This document shows positions 39,248-52,349 of a stretch of DNA of 64,000 nucleotides, one piece after another. The stretch spans positions 248,001-312,000 of the forward strand of contig CM059432.1 of NCBI GenBank assembly GCA_030390025.1, in the 5' to 3' direction. The notes under the pieces were generated by a model. The model was given only the letters and a program-made list of their open reading frames with translations, searched no databases and was not told the origin of the DNA. Source of the DNA: Squalus acanthias. Taxonomy: Eukaryota. Each line of letters opens with the position of its first letter. The stretch's first letter is position 1. The position numbers and the translations under genes were made by a program.

Positions 39248-39254
39248 GTTAGAC

Positions 39255-39545
39255 CTGTGTGTTTTTATTCACATCCGGGATGTGGGATGTGGGCATGGTG
39301 GGCAAGACCAACATTTATTGCCCTTTCCTGGTTGCCCTGGTTTTGATACAACTGAGAGTCTCGCTCGGCCACTTCAGAGGACAGTTAAGAGTCAAACACA
39401 TTGGTGTGGGTCTGGAGTCACCTATAGGCCCAGACCGGGTAAGGGCGGCAGGTTTCCTTCCCTAAAGGACATGAATGAACCGGTTGGGTTTTTACAACAA
39501 TCCGACAGCTTCATGGTGACATTTACTGACATCAGTTTATAATTT
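39255..39545 (-). mobile_element. SINE family B fragment with a LINE-B-like tail
   Basis: Reverse complement of the body at 18020-18165 and the tail at 57910-57960. Confidence 0.7.
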
Positions 39546-39572
39546 CACAGATTTCTTTACAGAAATGAGTCA

Positions 39573-39765
39573 GTGAGATGGGAAGGCGAGTTGTCACACG
39601 GAGAGAGCCCCGAGGGCAGGAGCCTGTCCCAGCGTAAGCTGCAGGTACACTCGGCATTCCATACCTTATATGGAAGAAAACTCAAGCACAGGAGGGTGCC
39701 GTGTGTAGGAGCGGCAGACGGTGCAATCAGTGAAGGGGGATGGGAACGCTCGCGGGGTGAGGTTT
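39573..39765 (+). promoter_or_regulatory. Conserved MCAT+CArG module, copy 2
   Basis: CATTCCA 39655-39661, CCTTATATGG 39664-39673; AP-1 TGAGTCA immediately upstream at 39566-39572. Confidence 0.65.
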
Positions 39766-39836
39766 ATTTTCTGGGGAATCTGGAGGGAGAGGGAAGCATG
39801 GCTCTTCCCAGAACATGGCGATTCTGTCCACACATT

Positions 39837-40418
39837 CCACACAGAACCTCACAACTCCATCACCGAGACCTTCACCATCCACACAGAACCTCACAACTCC
39901 ATCACCGAGACCTTCACCATCCACACAGCACCTCACAACTTCATCACCGAGACCTTCACCATCCACACAGCACCTCACAACTCCATCACCGAGACCTTCA
40001 CCATCCACACAGAACCTCACAACTCCATCACCGAGACCTTCACCATCCACACAGCACCTCACAACTCCATCACCGAGACCTTCACCATCCACACAGAACC
40101 TCACAACTCCATCACCGAGACCTTCACCATCCACACAGAACCTCACAACTCCATCACCGAGACCTTCACCATCCACACAGCACCTCACAACTCCATCACC
40201 GAGACCTTCACCCACACAGAACCTCACAACTCCATCACCGAGACCTTCACCATCCACACAGCACCTCACAACTCCATCACCGAGACCTTCACCCACACAG
40301 AACCTCACAACTCCATCACCGAGACCTTCACCATCCACACAGAACCTCACAACTCCATCACCGAGACCTTCACCATCCACACAGAACCTCACAACTCCAT
40401 CACCGAGACCTTCACCAT
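39837..40418. repeat. 42-bp minisatellite (~14 units; two 39-bp variants)
   Basis: Unit CACACAGAACCTCACAACTCCATCACCGAGACCTTCACCATC. Confidence 0.95.
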
Positions 40419-40454
40419 TTACTACAGTGTTTGAGACAAACTGTAATCCCCCCC

Positions 40455-40960
40455 CACTCACACTCACCCCACACTCACACTCACCCCACTCACACTCACC
40501 CCACACTCACACTCACCCCACACTCACTCACACACACACTCTCACACACTCACCCCACACTCACACTCACCCCACACTCACTCACACACACACTCTCACA
40601 CACACTCACCCCACACTCACACACTCACCCGACACACACACACTCTTACACACTCACCCGACACACACTCTCACACACACACTCTCACACACACACACAC
40701 ACACACATACTCAAGCGCACACTCACGCACACTCACTGGCACTGGCACGTACTCACACACACTCACACTAACACTCACACTCTTGTACACACACTCTTGT
40801 ACACACACTCACACACACACAGACGCACACACACTCTCACACACTCACTCACATTCACACACACTCACACCCTCATGTACACACACTCACACTCACACTT
40901 ACACGCATGTACATGCCTGCACACGGACTCAAACACACACATGCATATATATGTACACAA
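40455..40960. repeat. CA-rich low-complexity tract
   Basis: Degenerate (CA)n and CACT runs. Confidence 0.9.
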
Positions 40961-42916
40961 ACGACTTTGATAATCTAAGTGAGAGGACAAAACCGTGGCA
41001 AATGGTGATGTCATCCACTTTGGACCTAAGAAAGATCGATCAGAGAATTTTCTAAATGGTGAGAAGCAGGAACCGTGGAGGAGCCGAGAGATTGAGGGGT
41101 CCAAATACAGAAATCACTGGAAGCTGGTGGACAGGTACAAAAATAATCAAAAAGGCGAATGGAATGTTGGCCTTTATCTCAGGGGCGGGAATACAACGGG
41201 TTGGAAGTGATGCTTCAGCTGTACAGAGCTCTGGTTAGACCTGTAAGCTTCACAAAATTCCCCAGATACTCGTATAGAACCCTAAAAGGGGTGATTTTTG
41301 GATTTTTCCTACAAATTTGGGATGATGGGACATAAGTGAAGTGATTTGAGGCAAAAACCTCAGCTTTGGAAATTTTAAAGATCAGGGAAGAAAAACCCTG
41401 AGAAAAAAATGACTTTTGAAAATGACTATGGGAAAAAAAACACCTTTGCGAAGGGGTGTGGCGAGGCAGTGGACAGCTTTTGGTGTCAAGCTGTCTGGAA
41501 TTTGTTTGCACTGCAATCCAGGCAGGAGGAAGAACCTCACCCAAAACCTCACAACACATCCAAAATTGAATAATTCAAGACACCTTTTGAATATCCCCAG
41601 GCCCAAACAGGATGCCAGAAGCCTGTAAACAATAAAACATCTAGTACAGCCATTACTTCATGAAAAACCAATCAGCCAGGTATCTATAGGGACAAGATTT
41701 GGCGCGTAGATAAAGGCCCTGCCTAAATGGGAGACATCGGAAGCCATCAGGACAATTTAACACCAAGTTAAACCCATCAAAACTTAACAAGCCCGCAAAA
41801 CTAAGACAATGGAATGAACAGGCCTCAACTGAAACCTAAATCACTTCAACACGAAACCGATTTAGTAAGGGGTTTTGGCGCGAAAGGGTCTGAACAGTAT
41901 AATTGAGGACCTAATCCCCCAAGAAAGTCTCTCTCAGCTCTGTTCCAGTTGCAGCAAGTTCCAGCAAGACACTACCAGCCACACGACACGAGCAGGAGGA
42001 GGAGAGAAGCAGCAAGGCCACGAGGCAGACCCGGGGTGAGATCGGAGGCAAGGACAGACTAGGCCAGGCAAGGGCTAGAGCTGAGGCCACTGGGAGCGAG
42101 TCGGCATCGCTCAGCACACGGTCTAGCACTAGCAGCCACTAGCCAAGGTCACTGGAGGCTGGGAGCGAGTCGGCATCGCTCAACGCACGGTCCAGCCCCA
42201 GAAGGTACCGCCCCGACAAGCCTCCAACGCAACAAAACTCGACGACCAGACCACCATCGCAGATTTCACAGACCGGTACCACGTGGGGACGGCAGGCCCC
42301 AAAGGACAAAAAGAGAGTACCTCAAAAATCGGAATCAACTTACCTGGCTGGATTTTGCACTGTCAAAACCCCTGTTTGGTGAGCATTATCCCTGATCTCC
42401 TGAAACCAAAACCTAGCTAGATAGTGGGAATTTTTGGGAGGGATAAGGGTTTTTGTATATTGTCTTTCTCCCTCGCCTGTACCGTGTGTTCTCCAACCTG
42501 TTTAAGTGTTAAGTGTGTTTTAAGTTTGTTACTTTTTCTCTTAATAAAAGTCAAAATTCTTTCATCGGAACCTGTTGTCTACTGCATCTTTATTCACAAC
42601 CCCTAAATAAGTCCAAGGTCTAGAACCAGGGGCGTGGGAGCGATTCGAACTGCTCACTGAGTCAGAGGTGAGGCTGACCCTTACCACACCACCCCCTACA
42701 GACCCCCGTCTGCAGTAACTGGGTTCAGTTCTGGGCCCCGCACCTCAGGAAGGATATATTGGCCTTGGAGGGGGAGCAGCGCAGATTCACCAGAATGATA
42801 CCAGGGCTGAAAGGGTTAAATGTTGAGGACAGGCTGCACAGACTGGGCTTGTATTCCCTTGAGTATAGAAGATTAAGGGGTGAACTGATTGAGGTGTTTA
42901 AGATGATGAAAGGAGT
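40961..42916 (+). mobile_element. Decayed CR1 copy split by the solo LTR (40961-41241 and 42701-42916)
   Basis: Paralogous to the uninterrupted copy at 54130-54795. Confidence 0.85.
41242..42700 (+). mobile_element. Solo LTR, 1459 bp, of an LTR retrotransposon or ERV
   Basis: TGTA...TACA termini; perfect 4-bp TSD GACC (41238-41241, 42701-42704); AATAAA at 42543-42548; empty site in the paralog at ~44250-44275. Confidence 0.85.
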
Positions 42917-44467
42917 TTTTTCAATATTCGTTCATGGGATGTGGACGTCGCTGGCAAGGCCAGCATTTATTGCCCATCCCTAATTGCCCTCGAGAAGGTG
43001 GTGGTGAGCCGCCTTCTTGAACCGCTGCAGTCCGTGTGGTGAAGGTACTCCCACAGTGCTGTTAGGGAGGGAGTTCCAAGAATTTGACCCAGCAACGATG
43101 AAGGAACGGCGATATACATCCAAGTCAGGGTGGTGTGTGACTTGGAGGGGAACTTGGAGGTGGTGGTGTTCCCATGCGCCTGCTGCCCTTGTCCTTCTAG
43201 GTGGTAGAGGTCGCGGGTTTGGGAGGTGCTGCCAAAGAAGCCTTGGCAAGTTGCTGCAGTGCATCTTGTAGATGGTACACACTGCAGCCACGGTAGACCA
43301 ACAAGCGAGCATCTAACCACCGTCCCTTGACATTCAACGGCATTACCATCGCCGAATCCCCCACCATCAATGTCCTGGGAAGGTCACCATTGACCAGAAA
43401 CTTAACTGGACCAGCCACATAAATACTGTGGCAACAAGAGCAAGTCAGAGGCTGGGTATTCTGTCACGAGTGTCTCACCTCCTGACTCCCCAAAGCCTTG
43501 CCACCATCTACAAGGCACAAGTAAGGAGTGTGATGGAATACTTTCCACTTGCCTGGATGAGTGCAGCTCCAACAACACTCAAGAAGCTCGACACCATCCA
43601 AGACAATGCAGCCCGTTTGATTGGCCCCCCATCCACTACCTTAAACATTCACTCCCTCCACCACCGGTGTACTGTGGCTACAGTGTGTACCATCTACAAG
43701 ATGCACTGCAGCAACTCACCAAGGCTTCTTCGGCAGCACCTCCCAAACCCGCGACCTCTACCACCTAGAAGGACAAGGGCAGCAGGCACATGGGAACACC
43801 ACCACCTCCAAGTTCCCCTCCAAGTCACACACCATCCTGACTTGGAAATATATCGTCGTTCCTTCATCGTCGCTGGGTCAAAATCCTGGAACTCCCTCCC
43901 TAACAGCACTGTGGGAGAAACTTCACCACACGGACTGCAGCGGTTCAAGAAGGCGACTCACCACCACCTTCTCAAGGGCAATTAGGGATGGGCAATAAAT
44001 GCTGGCCTTGCCAGCGACGTCAACATCCCATGAACGAATATTGAAAAAAATCCTTTCATCATCTTAAACACCTCAATCAGTTCACCCCTTACTCTTCTAT
44101 ACTCAAGGGAATACGAGCCTTGTCTGTGCAGCCTGTCCTCATCATTTAACCCTTTCTGCCCCGGTATCATTCTGGTGAATCTGCGCTGCTCCCCCTCCAA
44201 GGCCAATATATCCTTCCTGAGATGCGGGGCCCAGAACTGAACCCAGTGACTGCAGACGGGGGTCTAACCAGAGCTTTGTACAGCTGAAGCATCACTTCCT
44301 CCCCATTGTATTCCCGCCCCCGAGATAAAGGCCAACATTCCATTAGCCTGTTTGATTGCTTTTTCTACATGTCCACAGGCGAGAAATTCTCGTGGGGTTT
44401 TTTTTTTGTTTAAACTGGAGGTGACGTACTCACCTGAATCAGCCTGAAATGATTGGGCTCCTTTTCG

Positions 44468-44822
44468 GGAGATGCTGGATTTCTCAATTCATGCGTTCTC
44501 CGAGCAAGGCCTCAGGGAATCGGCCCTGAGGTGTCACCACAAATCCTGTGGTAGGTGAGAAACATTGTTGAGATGCTGGTGTTCTGATTGTCGAGTTGTT
44601 GGCGCTCTTGACCCAGTCGGACACTTCCTGCTGTCGAACCACATGAGTCAGACACTCCGACTGACTAATGGAGATCGTCAGCAGGAAGTGTTCCATTGGG
44701 ACAAGAGCAATTCTCCAATCGGAATGCCAGCATCTCGACAAGGTTCGTCACCTCCAAAAGGGTTTGTGTTGACACTGAACCTTAAACCAGGAGCTTGACT
44801 TGTAGTTGAGTCAGTAATCTCC
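44468..44822 (+). other. Long imperfect palindrome (core 44531-44775), copy 1
   Basis: Arms pair by hand over ~115 bp around the 9-nt loop ACACTCCGA. Confidence 0.85.
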
Positions 44823-47800
44823 AAGCTCTGTTGTGTTTTTAAATCTAATATAAACAAGGAACCATGGATAACATGACAGATTTGGCATATTTGCGTGTAT
44901 ATGTATGTGCGTGTGCATGTCTGTATGTGCATAGCAACATAGGAACAGAAGGAGGCCATTCAGCCCCTCGAGCCTGTTCCACCATTCAATTAGATCACGG
45001 CTGATCTGTATCTAAACTCCATCTACCCGCCTTGGTTCCGTGTCCCTTAATACCCTTACCCAACAAAAATCTTTCAATCTCAGTTTTGAAATTTTCAATT
45101 GACCCCCAGCCTCAACAGCTTTTTGGGGGAGAGAGTTCCAGATTTCCACTACCCTTTGTGTGAAGTGCTTCCTGACATCACCCCTGAACGGCCTGGCTCT
45201 AATTTGAGGGTTATGGCCCCTTGTTCTGGACTCCCCCCCCCCCCCGCCCACCAGAGGAAATAGTTTCTCTCTATCCACCCTATCAAGAGGAACAAGGGCA
45301 CAGAATGTACTCTGGGTGGCGGACTTCAATTTCCATCACCAAGAGTGGCTCGGTAGCACCACTACGGACCATGCTGGCCAAGTCCTGAAGGACATAGCTG
45401 CCAGTCTGGGCCTGCGACAGGTGGTGAGAGAACCAACACAAGGGAAAAACCTACTTGACCTCGTCCTCACCAATCTACGTGTCGCAGATGCATCTGTCCA
45501 TTACAGTATTGGTAGAAGTGACCACCGCACAGTCATTGTGGAGACAAAGTCCCATCTTCACACTGAGGACACCCTCCATCGTGTTGTGTGGCACTACCAC
45601 CGTGCTAAATGGGATAGATTCAGAACAGATCTAGCAGCTCAAAACTGGGCATCTATGAGACACTGTGGGCCATCAGCAGCAGCAGCAGAATTGTATTCCA
45701 CCACAATCTGTAACCTCATGGCCCGGCATATCCCTCACTCTACCATTACCATCAAGCCAGGGGCCAACCCTGGTTCAATAAGGAGTGTGGAAGAGCATGC
45801 CAGGAGCAGCACCAGGCATACCTAAAAATGCAGTGCCAACCTTTGGAAGCTGCAACACAGGACTACATACATGCTAAAAAGCAGAAGCAGCATGCTATAG
45901 ACAGAGCTAAGAGATCCAACAATCAACGGATCAGATCAAAGCTCTGCAGTCTTGCCACATCTAGTCATGAAGGGTGGTGGACCATTAAACCAATGGGAGG
46001 AGGAGGTTCCATGAATATATTTTTTTAAATTTGATTTTATGGGACGTGGGCGTTGCTGGCAAGGCCAGCATTTATTGCCCATCCCTAATTGCCCTTGAGA
46101 AGGTGGTGGTGAGACGCCTTCTTGAACCGCTGCAGTCCGTGTGGTGACGGTGCTTCCACAGTGCTGTTAGGGAGGGAGTTCCAGGAGTTTGACCCAGCGA
46201 CGATGAAGGAACGGCGATATACTTCCAAGTCAGGATGGTGTGTGACTTGGAGGGGAACTTGGAGGTGGTGGGGTTCCCATGCACCTGCTGCCCTTGTCCT
46301 TCTAGGTGGAAGAGGTCGCGGGTTTGGGAGGTGCTGCCGAAGAAGCCTTGGCAAGTTGCTGCAGTGCATCTTGTAGATGGTACACACTGCAGCCACGGTG
46401 CGCCAGTGGTGGAGGCAGTGAATGTTTAAGGTGGTGGATGGGGTGCCGATCAAGCGGGCTGCTTTGTCCTGGATGGTGTCGAGCTTCTTGAGTGTTGTTG
46501 GAGCTGCAACCATCCAGGCAAGTGGAGAGTATTCCATCACACTCCTGACTTGTGCCTTGTAGATGGTGGTAATTAGGGATGGGCAATTCATGCTGGCCTT
46601 GCCAGCGATGCCCACATCCTCAATGATGGTGGAGCCCAGCACATGAGTGCAAAAGACAAGGCTGAAGCGTTTGCAACCATCTTCAGCCAGAAGTGCCGAG
46701 TGGATGATCCATATCGGCCTCCTCGCGAGGTCCCCACCACCACAGAAGCCAGTCTTCTGCCAATTAGATTCACTCCACGTGATATCAAGAAACGGCTGGG
46801 CGCACTGGATACAACAACGCTATGGGCCCCGACAACATCCCGGCTATCGCGCTGAAGACTTGTGCTCCAGAACTAGCCACACTTCTAGCCAAGCTGTTCC
46901 AGTACAGCTACAACACTGGCATCTAATCGACAATCTGGAAAACTGCCCAGGTATGCCCTGTCCACAACCTCCAGGCCTCATTACAGCCTTGGTCCAAAGG
47001 AGCTGAATTCCAGAGATGAAGTGAGAGTGACTGCCCTTGACATCAAGGCAGCAATTTGACCGAGTGTGGCATCAAGGAGCCCTAGTAAAACTGAAGTCAA
47101 TGGGAATCGGGGGTAAACGCTCCACTGGTTGGAGTCATACCTAGCACAAAGGAAGATGGTTGTGGTGGTTGGAGGTTAATCATCACAGCCCCAGGACATT
47201 GCTGCAGGAGTTCTTCAGTGCAGTGTCCTCGGCCCAACCATCATCAATGACCTTCCCTCCATCATAAGGTCAGAAATGGGGATGTTCGCTGATGACTGCA
47301 CAGTGTTCAGCGCCATTCGCAACTCCTCAGGTAAGGAAGCAGTCCATGCTCGCATGCAGCAAGACCTGGACGACATTCAGGCTTGGGCTGATAAGTGACA
47401 GGTAACATTCGCGCCACACAAGTGCCAGGCAATGACTATCTCCAACAAGCGAGCGTCTAACCACCTCCCCTTGACATTCAATGGCATTACCATCGCTGAA
47501 TCCCCCACCATCAATATCCTGGGGGTCACCATTGACCAGAAACTTAACTGGACCAGCCACATAAATACTGTGGCAACAAGAGCAAGTCAGAGGCTGGGTA
47601 TTCTGTCACGAGTGTCTCACCTCCTGACTCCCCAAAGCCTTGCCACCATCTACAAGGCACAAGTAAGGAGTGTGATGGAATACTCTCCACCTGCCTGGAT
47701 GAGTGCAGCTCCAACAACACTCAAGAAGCTCGACACCATCCAGGACAAAACAGCCCGCTTGATTGGCCCCCCATCCACCACCTTAAACATTCACTCCCTC

Positions 47801-47847
47801 CACCACCGGTGTACCGTGGCTGCCTGAAATGATTGGGCTCCTTTTCG

Positions 47848-48202
47848 GGAGATGCTGGATTTCTCAATCCATGCGTTCTCCGAGCAAGGCCTCAGGGAAT
47901 CGGCCCTGAGGTGTCACCACAAATCCTGTGGTAGGTGAGAAACATTGTTGAGATGCTGGTGTTCTGATTGTCGAGTTGTTGGCGCTCTTGACCCAGTCGG
48001 ACACTTCCTGCTGTCGAACCACATGAGTCAGACACTCCGACTGACTAATGGAGATCGTCAGCAGGAAGTGTTCCATTGGGACAAGAGCAATTCTCCAATC
48101 GGAATGCCAGCATCTCGACAAGGTTCGTCACCTCCAAAAGGGTTTGTGTTGACACTGAACCTTAAACCAGGAGCTTGACTTGTAGTTGAGTCAGTAATCT
48201 CC
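47848..48202 (+). other. Long imperfect palindrome, copy 2
   Basis: Near-identical to copy 1 at offset 3380. Confidence 0.85.
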
Positions 48203-51200
48203 AAGCTCTGTTGTGTTTTTAAATCTAATATAAACAAGGAACCATGGATAACATGACAGATTTGGCATATTTGCGTGTATATGTATGTGCGTGTGCATGT
48301 CTGTATGTGCATAGCAACATAGGAACAGAAGGAGGCCATTCAGCCCCTCGAGCCTGTTCCACCATTCAATTAGATCACGGCTGATCTGTATCTAAACTCC
48401 ATCTACCCGCCTTGGTTCCGTGTCCCTTAATACCCTTACCCAACAAAAATCTTTCAATCTCAGTTTTGAAATTTTCAATTGACCCCCAGCCTCAACAGCT
48501 TTTTGGGGGAGAGAGTTCCAGATTTCCACTACCCTTTGTGTGAAGTGCTTCCTGACATCACCCCTGAACGGCCTGGCTCTAATTTGAGGGTTATGGCCCC
48601 TTGTTCTGGACTCCCCCCACCCCCCCCCCCCCCCACCAGAGGAAATAGTTTCTCTCTATCCACCCTATCAAGAGGAACAAGGGCACAGAATGTACTCTGG
48701 GTGGCGGACTTCAATTTCCATCACCAAGAGTGGCTCGGTAGCACCACTACGGACCATGCTGGCCAAGTCCTGAAGGACATAGCTGCCAGTCTGGGCCTGC
48801 GACAGGTGGTGAGAGAACCAACACAAGGGAAAAACCTACTTGACCTCGTCCTCACCAATCTACGTGTCGCAGATGCATCTGTCCATTACAGTATTGGTAG
48901 AAGTGACCACCGCACAGTCATTGTGGAGACAAAGTCCCATCTTCACACTGAGGACACCCTCCATCGTGTTGTGTGGCACTACCACCGTGCTAAATGGGAT
49001 AGATTCAGAACAGATCTAGCAGCTCAAAACTGGGCATCTATGAGACACTGTGGGCCATCAGCAGCAGCAGCAGAATTGTATTCCACCACAATCTGTAACC
49101 TCATGGCCCGGCATATCCCTCACTCTACCATTACCATCAAGCCAGGGGCCAACCCTGGTTCAATAAGGAGTGTGGAAGAGCATGCCAGGAGCAGCACCAG
49201 GCATACCTAAAAATGCAGTGCCAACCTTTGGAAGCTGCAACACAGGACTACATACATGCTAAAAAGCAGAAGCAGCATGCTATAGACAGAGCTAAGAGAT
49301 CCAACAATCAACGGATCAGATCAAAGCTCTGCAGTCTTGCCACATCTAGTCATGAAGGGTGGTGGACCATTAAACCAATGGGAGGAGGAGGTTCCATGAA
49401 TATATTTTTTTAAATTTGATTTTATGGGACGTGGGCGTTGCTGGCAAGGCCAGCATTTATTGCCCATCCCTAATTGCCCTTGAGAAGGTGGTGGTGAGAC
49501 GCCTTCTTGAACCGCTGCAGTCCGTGTGGTGACGGTGCTTCCACAGTGCTGTTAGGGAGGGAGTTCCAGGAGTTTGACCCAGCGACGATGAAGGAACGGC
49601 GATATACTTCCAAGTCAGGATGGTGTGTGACTTGGAGGGGAACTTGGAGGTGGTGGGGTTCCCATGCACCTGCTGCCCTTGTCCTTCTAGGTGGAAGAGG
49701 TCGCGGGTTTGGGAGGTGCTGCCGAAGAAGCCTTGGCAAGTTGCTGCAGTGCATCTTGTAGATGGTACACACTGCAGCCACGGTGCGCCAGTGGTGGAGG
49801 CAGTGAATGTTTAAGGTGGTGGATGGGGTGCCGATCAAGCGGGCTGCTTTGTCCTGGATGGTGTCGAGCTTCTTGAGTGTTGTTGGAGCTGCAACCATCC
49901 AGGCAAGTGGAGAGTATTCCATCACACTCCTGACTTGTGCCTTGTAGATGGTGGTAATTAGGGATGGGCAATTCATGCTGGCCTTGCCAGCGATGCCCAC
50001 ATCCTCAATGATGGTGGAGCCCAGCACATGAGTGCAAAAGACAAGGCTGAAGCGTTTGCAACCATCTTCAGCCAGAAGTGCCGAGTGGATGATCCATATC
50101 GGCCTCCTCGCGAGGTCCCCACCACCACAGAAGCCAGTCTTCTGCCAATTAGATTCACTCCACGTGATATCAAGAAACGGCTGGGTGCACTGGATACAAC
50201 AACGCTATGGGCCCCGACAACATCCCGGCTATCGCGCTGAAGACTTGTGCTCCAGAACTAGCCACACTTCTAGCCAAGCTGTTCCAGTACAGCTACAACA
50301 CTGGCATCTAATCGACAATCTGGAAAACTGCCCAGGTATGCCCTGTCCACAACCTCCAGGCCTCATTACAGCCTTGGTCCAAAGGAGCTGAATTCCAGAG
50401 ATGAAGTGAGAGTGACTGCCCTTGACATCAAGGCAGCAATTTGACCGAGTGTGGCATCAAGGAGCCCTAGTAAAACTGAAGTCAATGGGAATCGGGGGTA
50501 AACGCTCCACTGGTTGGAGTCATACCTAGCACAAAGGAAGATGGTTGTGGTGGTTGGAGGTTAATCATCACAGCCCCAGGACATTGCTGCAGGAGTTCTT
50601 CAGTGCAGTGTCCTCGGCCCAACCATCATCAATGACCTTCCCTCCATCATAAGGTCAGAAATGGGGATGTTCGCTGATGACTGCACAGTGTTCAGCGCCA
50701 TTCGCAACTCCTCAGGTAAGGAAGCAGTCCATGCTCGCATGCAGCAAGACCTGGACGACATTCAGGCTTGGGCTGATAAGTGACAGGTAACATTCGCGCC
50801 ACACAAGTGCCAGGCAATGACTATCTCCAACAAGCGAGCGTCTAACCACCTCCCCTTGACATTCAATGGCATTACCATCGCTGAATCCCCCACCATCAAT
50901 ATCCTGGGGGTCACCATTGACCAGAAACTTAACTGGACCAGCCACATAAATACTGTGGCAACAAGAGCAAGTCAGAGGCTGGGTATTCTGTCACGAGTGT
51001 CTCACCTCCTGACTCCCCAAAGCCTTGCCACCATCTACAAGGCACAAGTAAGGAGTGTGATGGAATACTCTCCACCTGCCTGGATGAGTGCAGCTCCAAC
51101 AACACTCAAGAAGCTCGACACCATCCAGGACAAAACAGCCCGCTTGATTGGCCCCCCATCCACCACCTTAAACATTCACTCCCTCCACCACCGGTGTACC

Positions 51201-51994
51201 GTGGCTGCAGTGTATACCATCTACAAGATGCACTGCAGCAACTCGCCAAGGCTTCTTCGACAGCACCTCCCAAACCCTCGACCTCTTCCACCTAGAAGGA
51301 CAAGGGCAGCAGGCACATGGGAACACCACCACCTCCAAGTTCCCCTCCAAGTCACACACCATCCTGACTTGGAAATATATCGCCGTTCCTTCATCATCGC
51401 TGGGTCAAAATCTTGGAACTCCCTCCCTAACAGCACTGTGGGAGAAACTTCACCACACGGACTGCAGCGGTTCAAGAAGGCGGCTCACCACCACCTTCTC
51501 AACGGCAATTAGGGATGGGCAATAAATGCTGGCCTTGCCAGCGACGTCAACATCCCATGAACAAATATTGAAAAAAATCCTTTCATCATCTTAAACACCT
51601 CAATCAGTTCACCCCTTACTCTTCTATACTCAAGGGAATACGAGCCTTGTCTGTGCAGCCTGTCCTCATCATTTAACCCTTTCTGCCCCGGTATCATTCT
51701 GGTGAATCTGCGATGCTCCCCCTCCAAGGCCAATATATCCTTCCTGAGATGCGGGGCCCAGAACTGAACCCAGTGACTGCGGACGGGGGTCTAACCAGAG
51801 CTTTGTACAGCTGAAGTATCACTTCCTCCCCATTGTATTCCCGCCCCCGAGATAAAGGCCAACATTCCATTAGCCTGTTTGATTGCTTTTTCTACATGTC
51901 CACAGGCGAGAGATTCTCGTGGGGTTTTTTTTTTGTTTAAACTGGAGGTGACGCACTCACCTGAATCAGCCTGAAATGATTGGGCTCCTTTTCG

Positions 51995-52349
51995 GGAGAT
52001 GCTGGATTTCTCAATCCATGCGTTCTCCGAGCAAGGCCTCAGGGAATCGGCCCTGAGGTGTCACCACAAATCCTGTGGTAGGTGAGAAACATTGTTGAGA
52101 TGCTGGTGTTCCGATTGTCGAATTGCTGGCGCGCTTGACCCAGTCGGACACTTCCTGCTGTCGAACCACATGAGTCAGACACTCCGACTGACTAATGGAG
52201 ATCGTCAGCAGGAAGTGTTCCATTGGGACAAGAGCAATTCTCCAATCGGAATGCCAGCATCTCGACAAGGTTCGTCACCTCCAAAAGGGTTTGTGTTGAA
52301 ACTGAACCTTAAACCAGGAGCTTGACTTGTAGTTGAGTCAGTAATCTCC
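51995..52349 (+). other. Long imperfect palindrome, copy 3
   Basis: Offset 7527 from copy 1, with a few substitutions. Confidence 0.85.

Noticed and set aside
39573..39765. Triplicated module as a coding exon (HGESPEGRSLSQRK...)
   Set aside because: Differences between copies are mostly non-synonymous; copy 3 has a stop and a 1-nt shift; no consistent splice sites.
42335..42350. U1 snRNA 5' end (ACTTACCTGG)
   Set aside because: No U1 body follows; it is simply a splice-donor-like motif on the opposite strand within the LTR.
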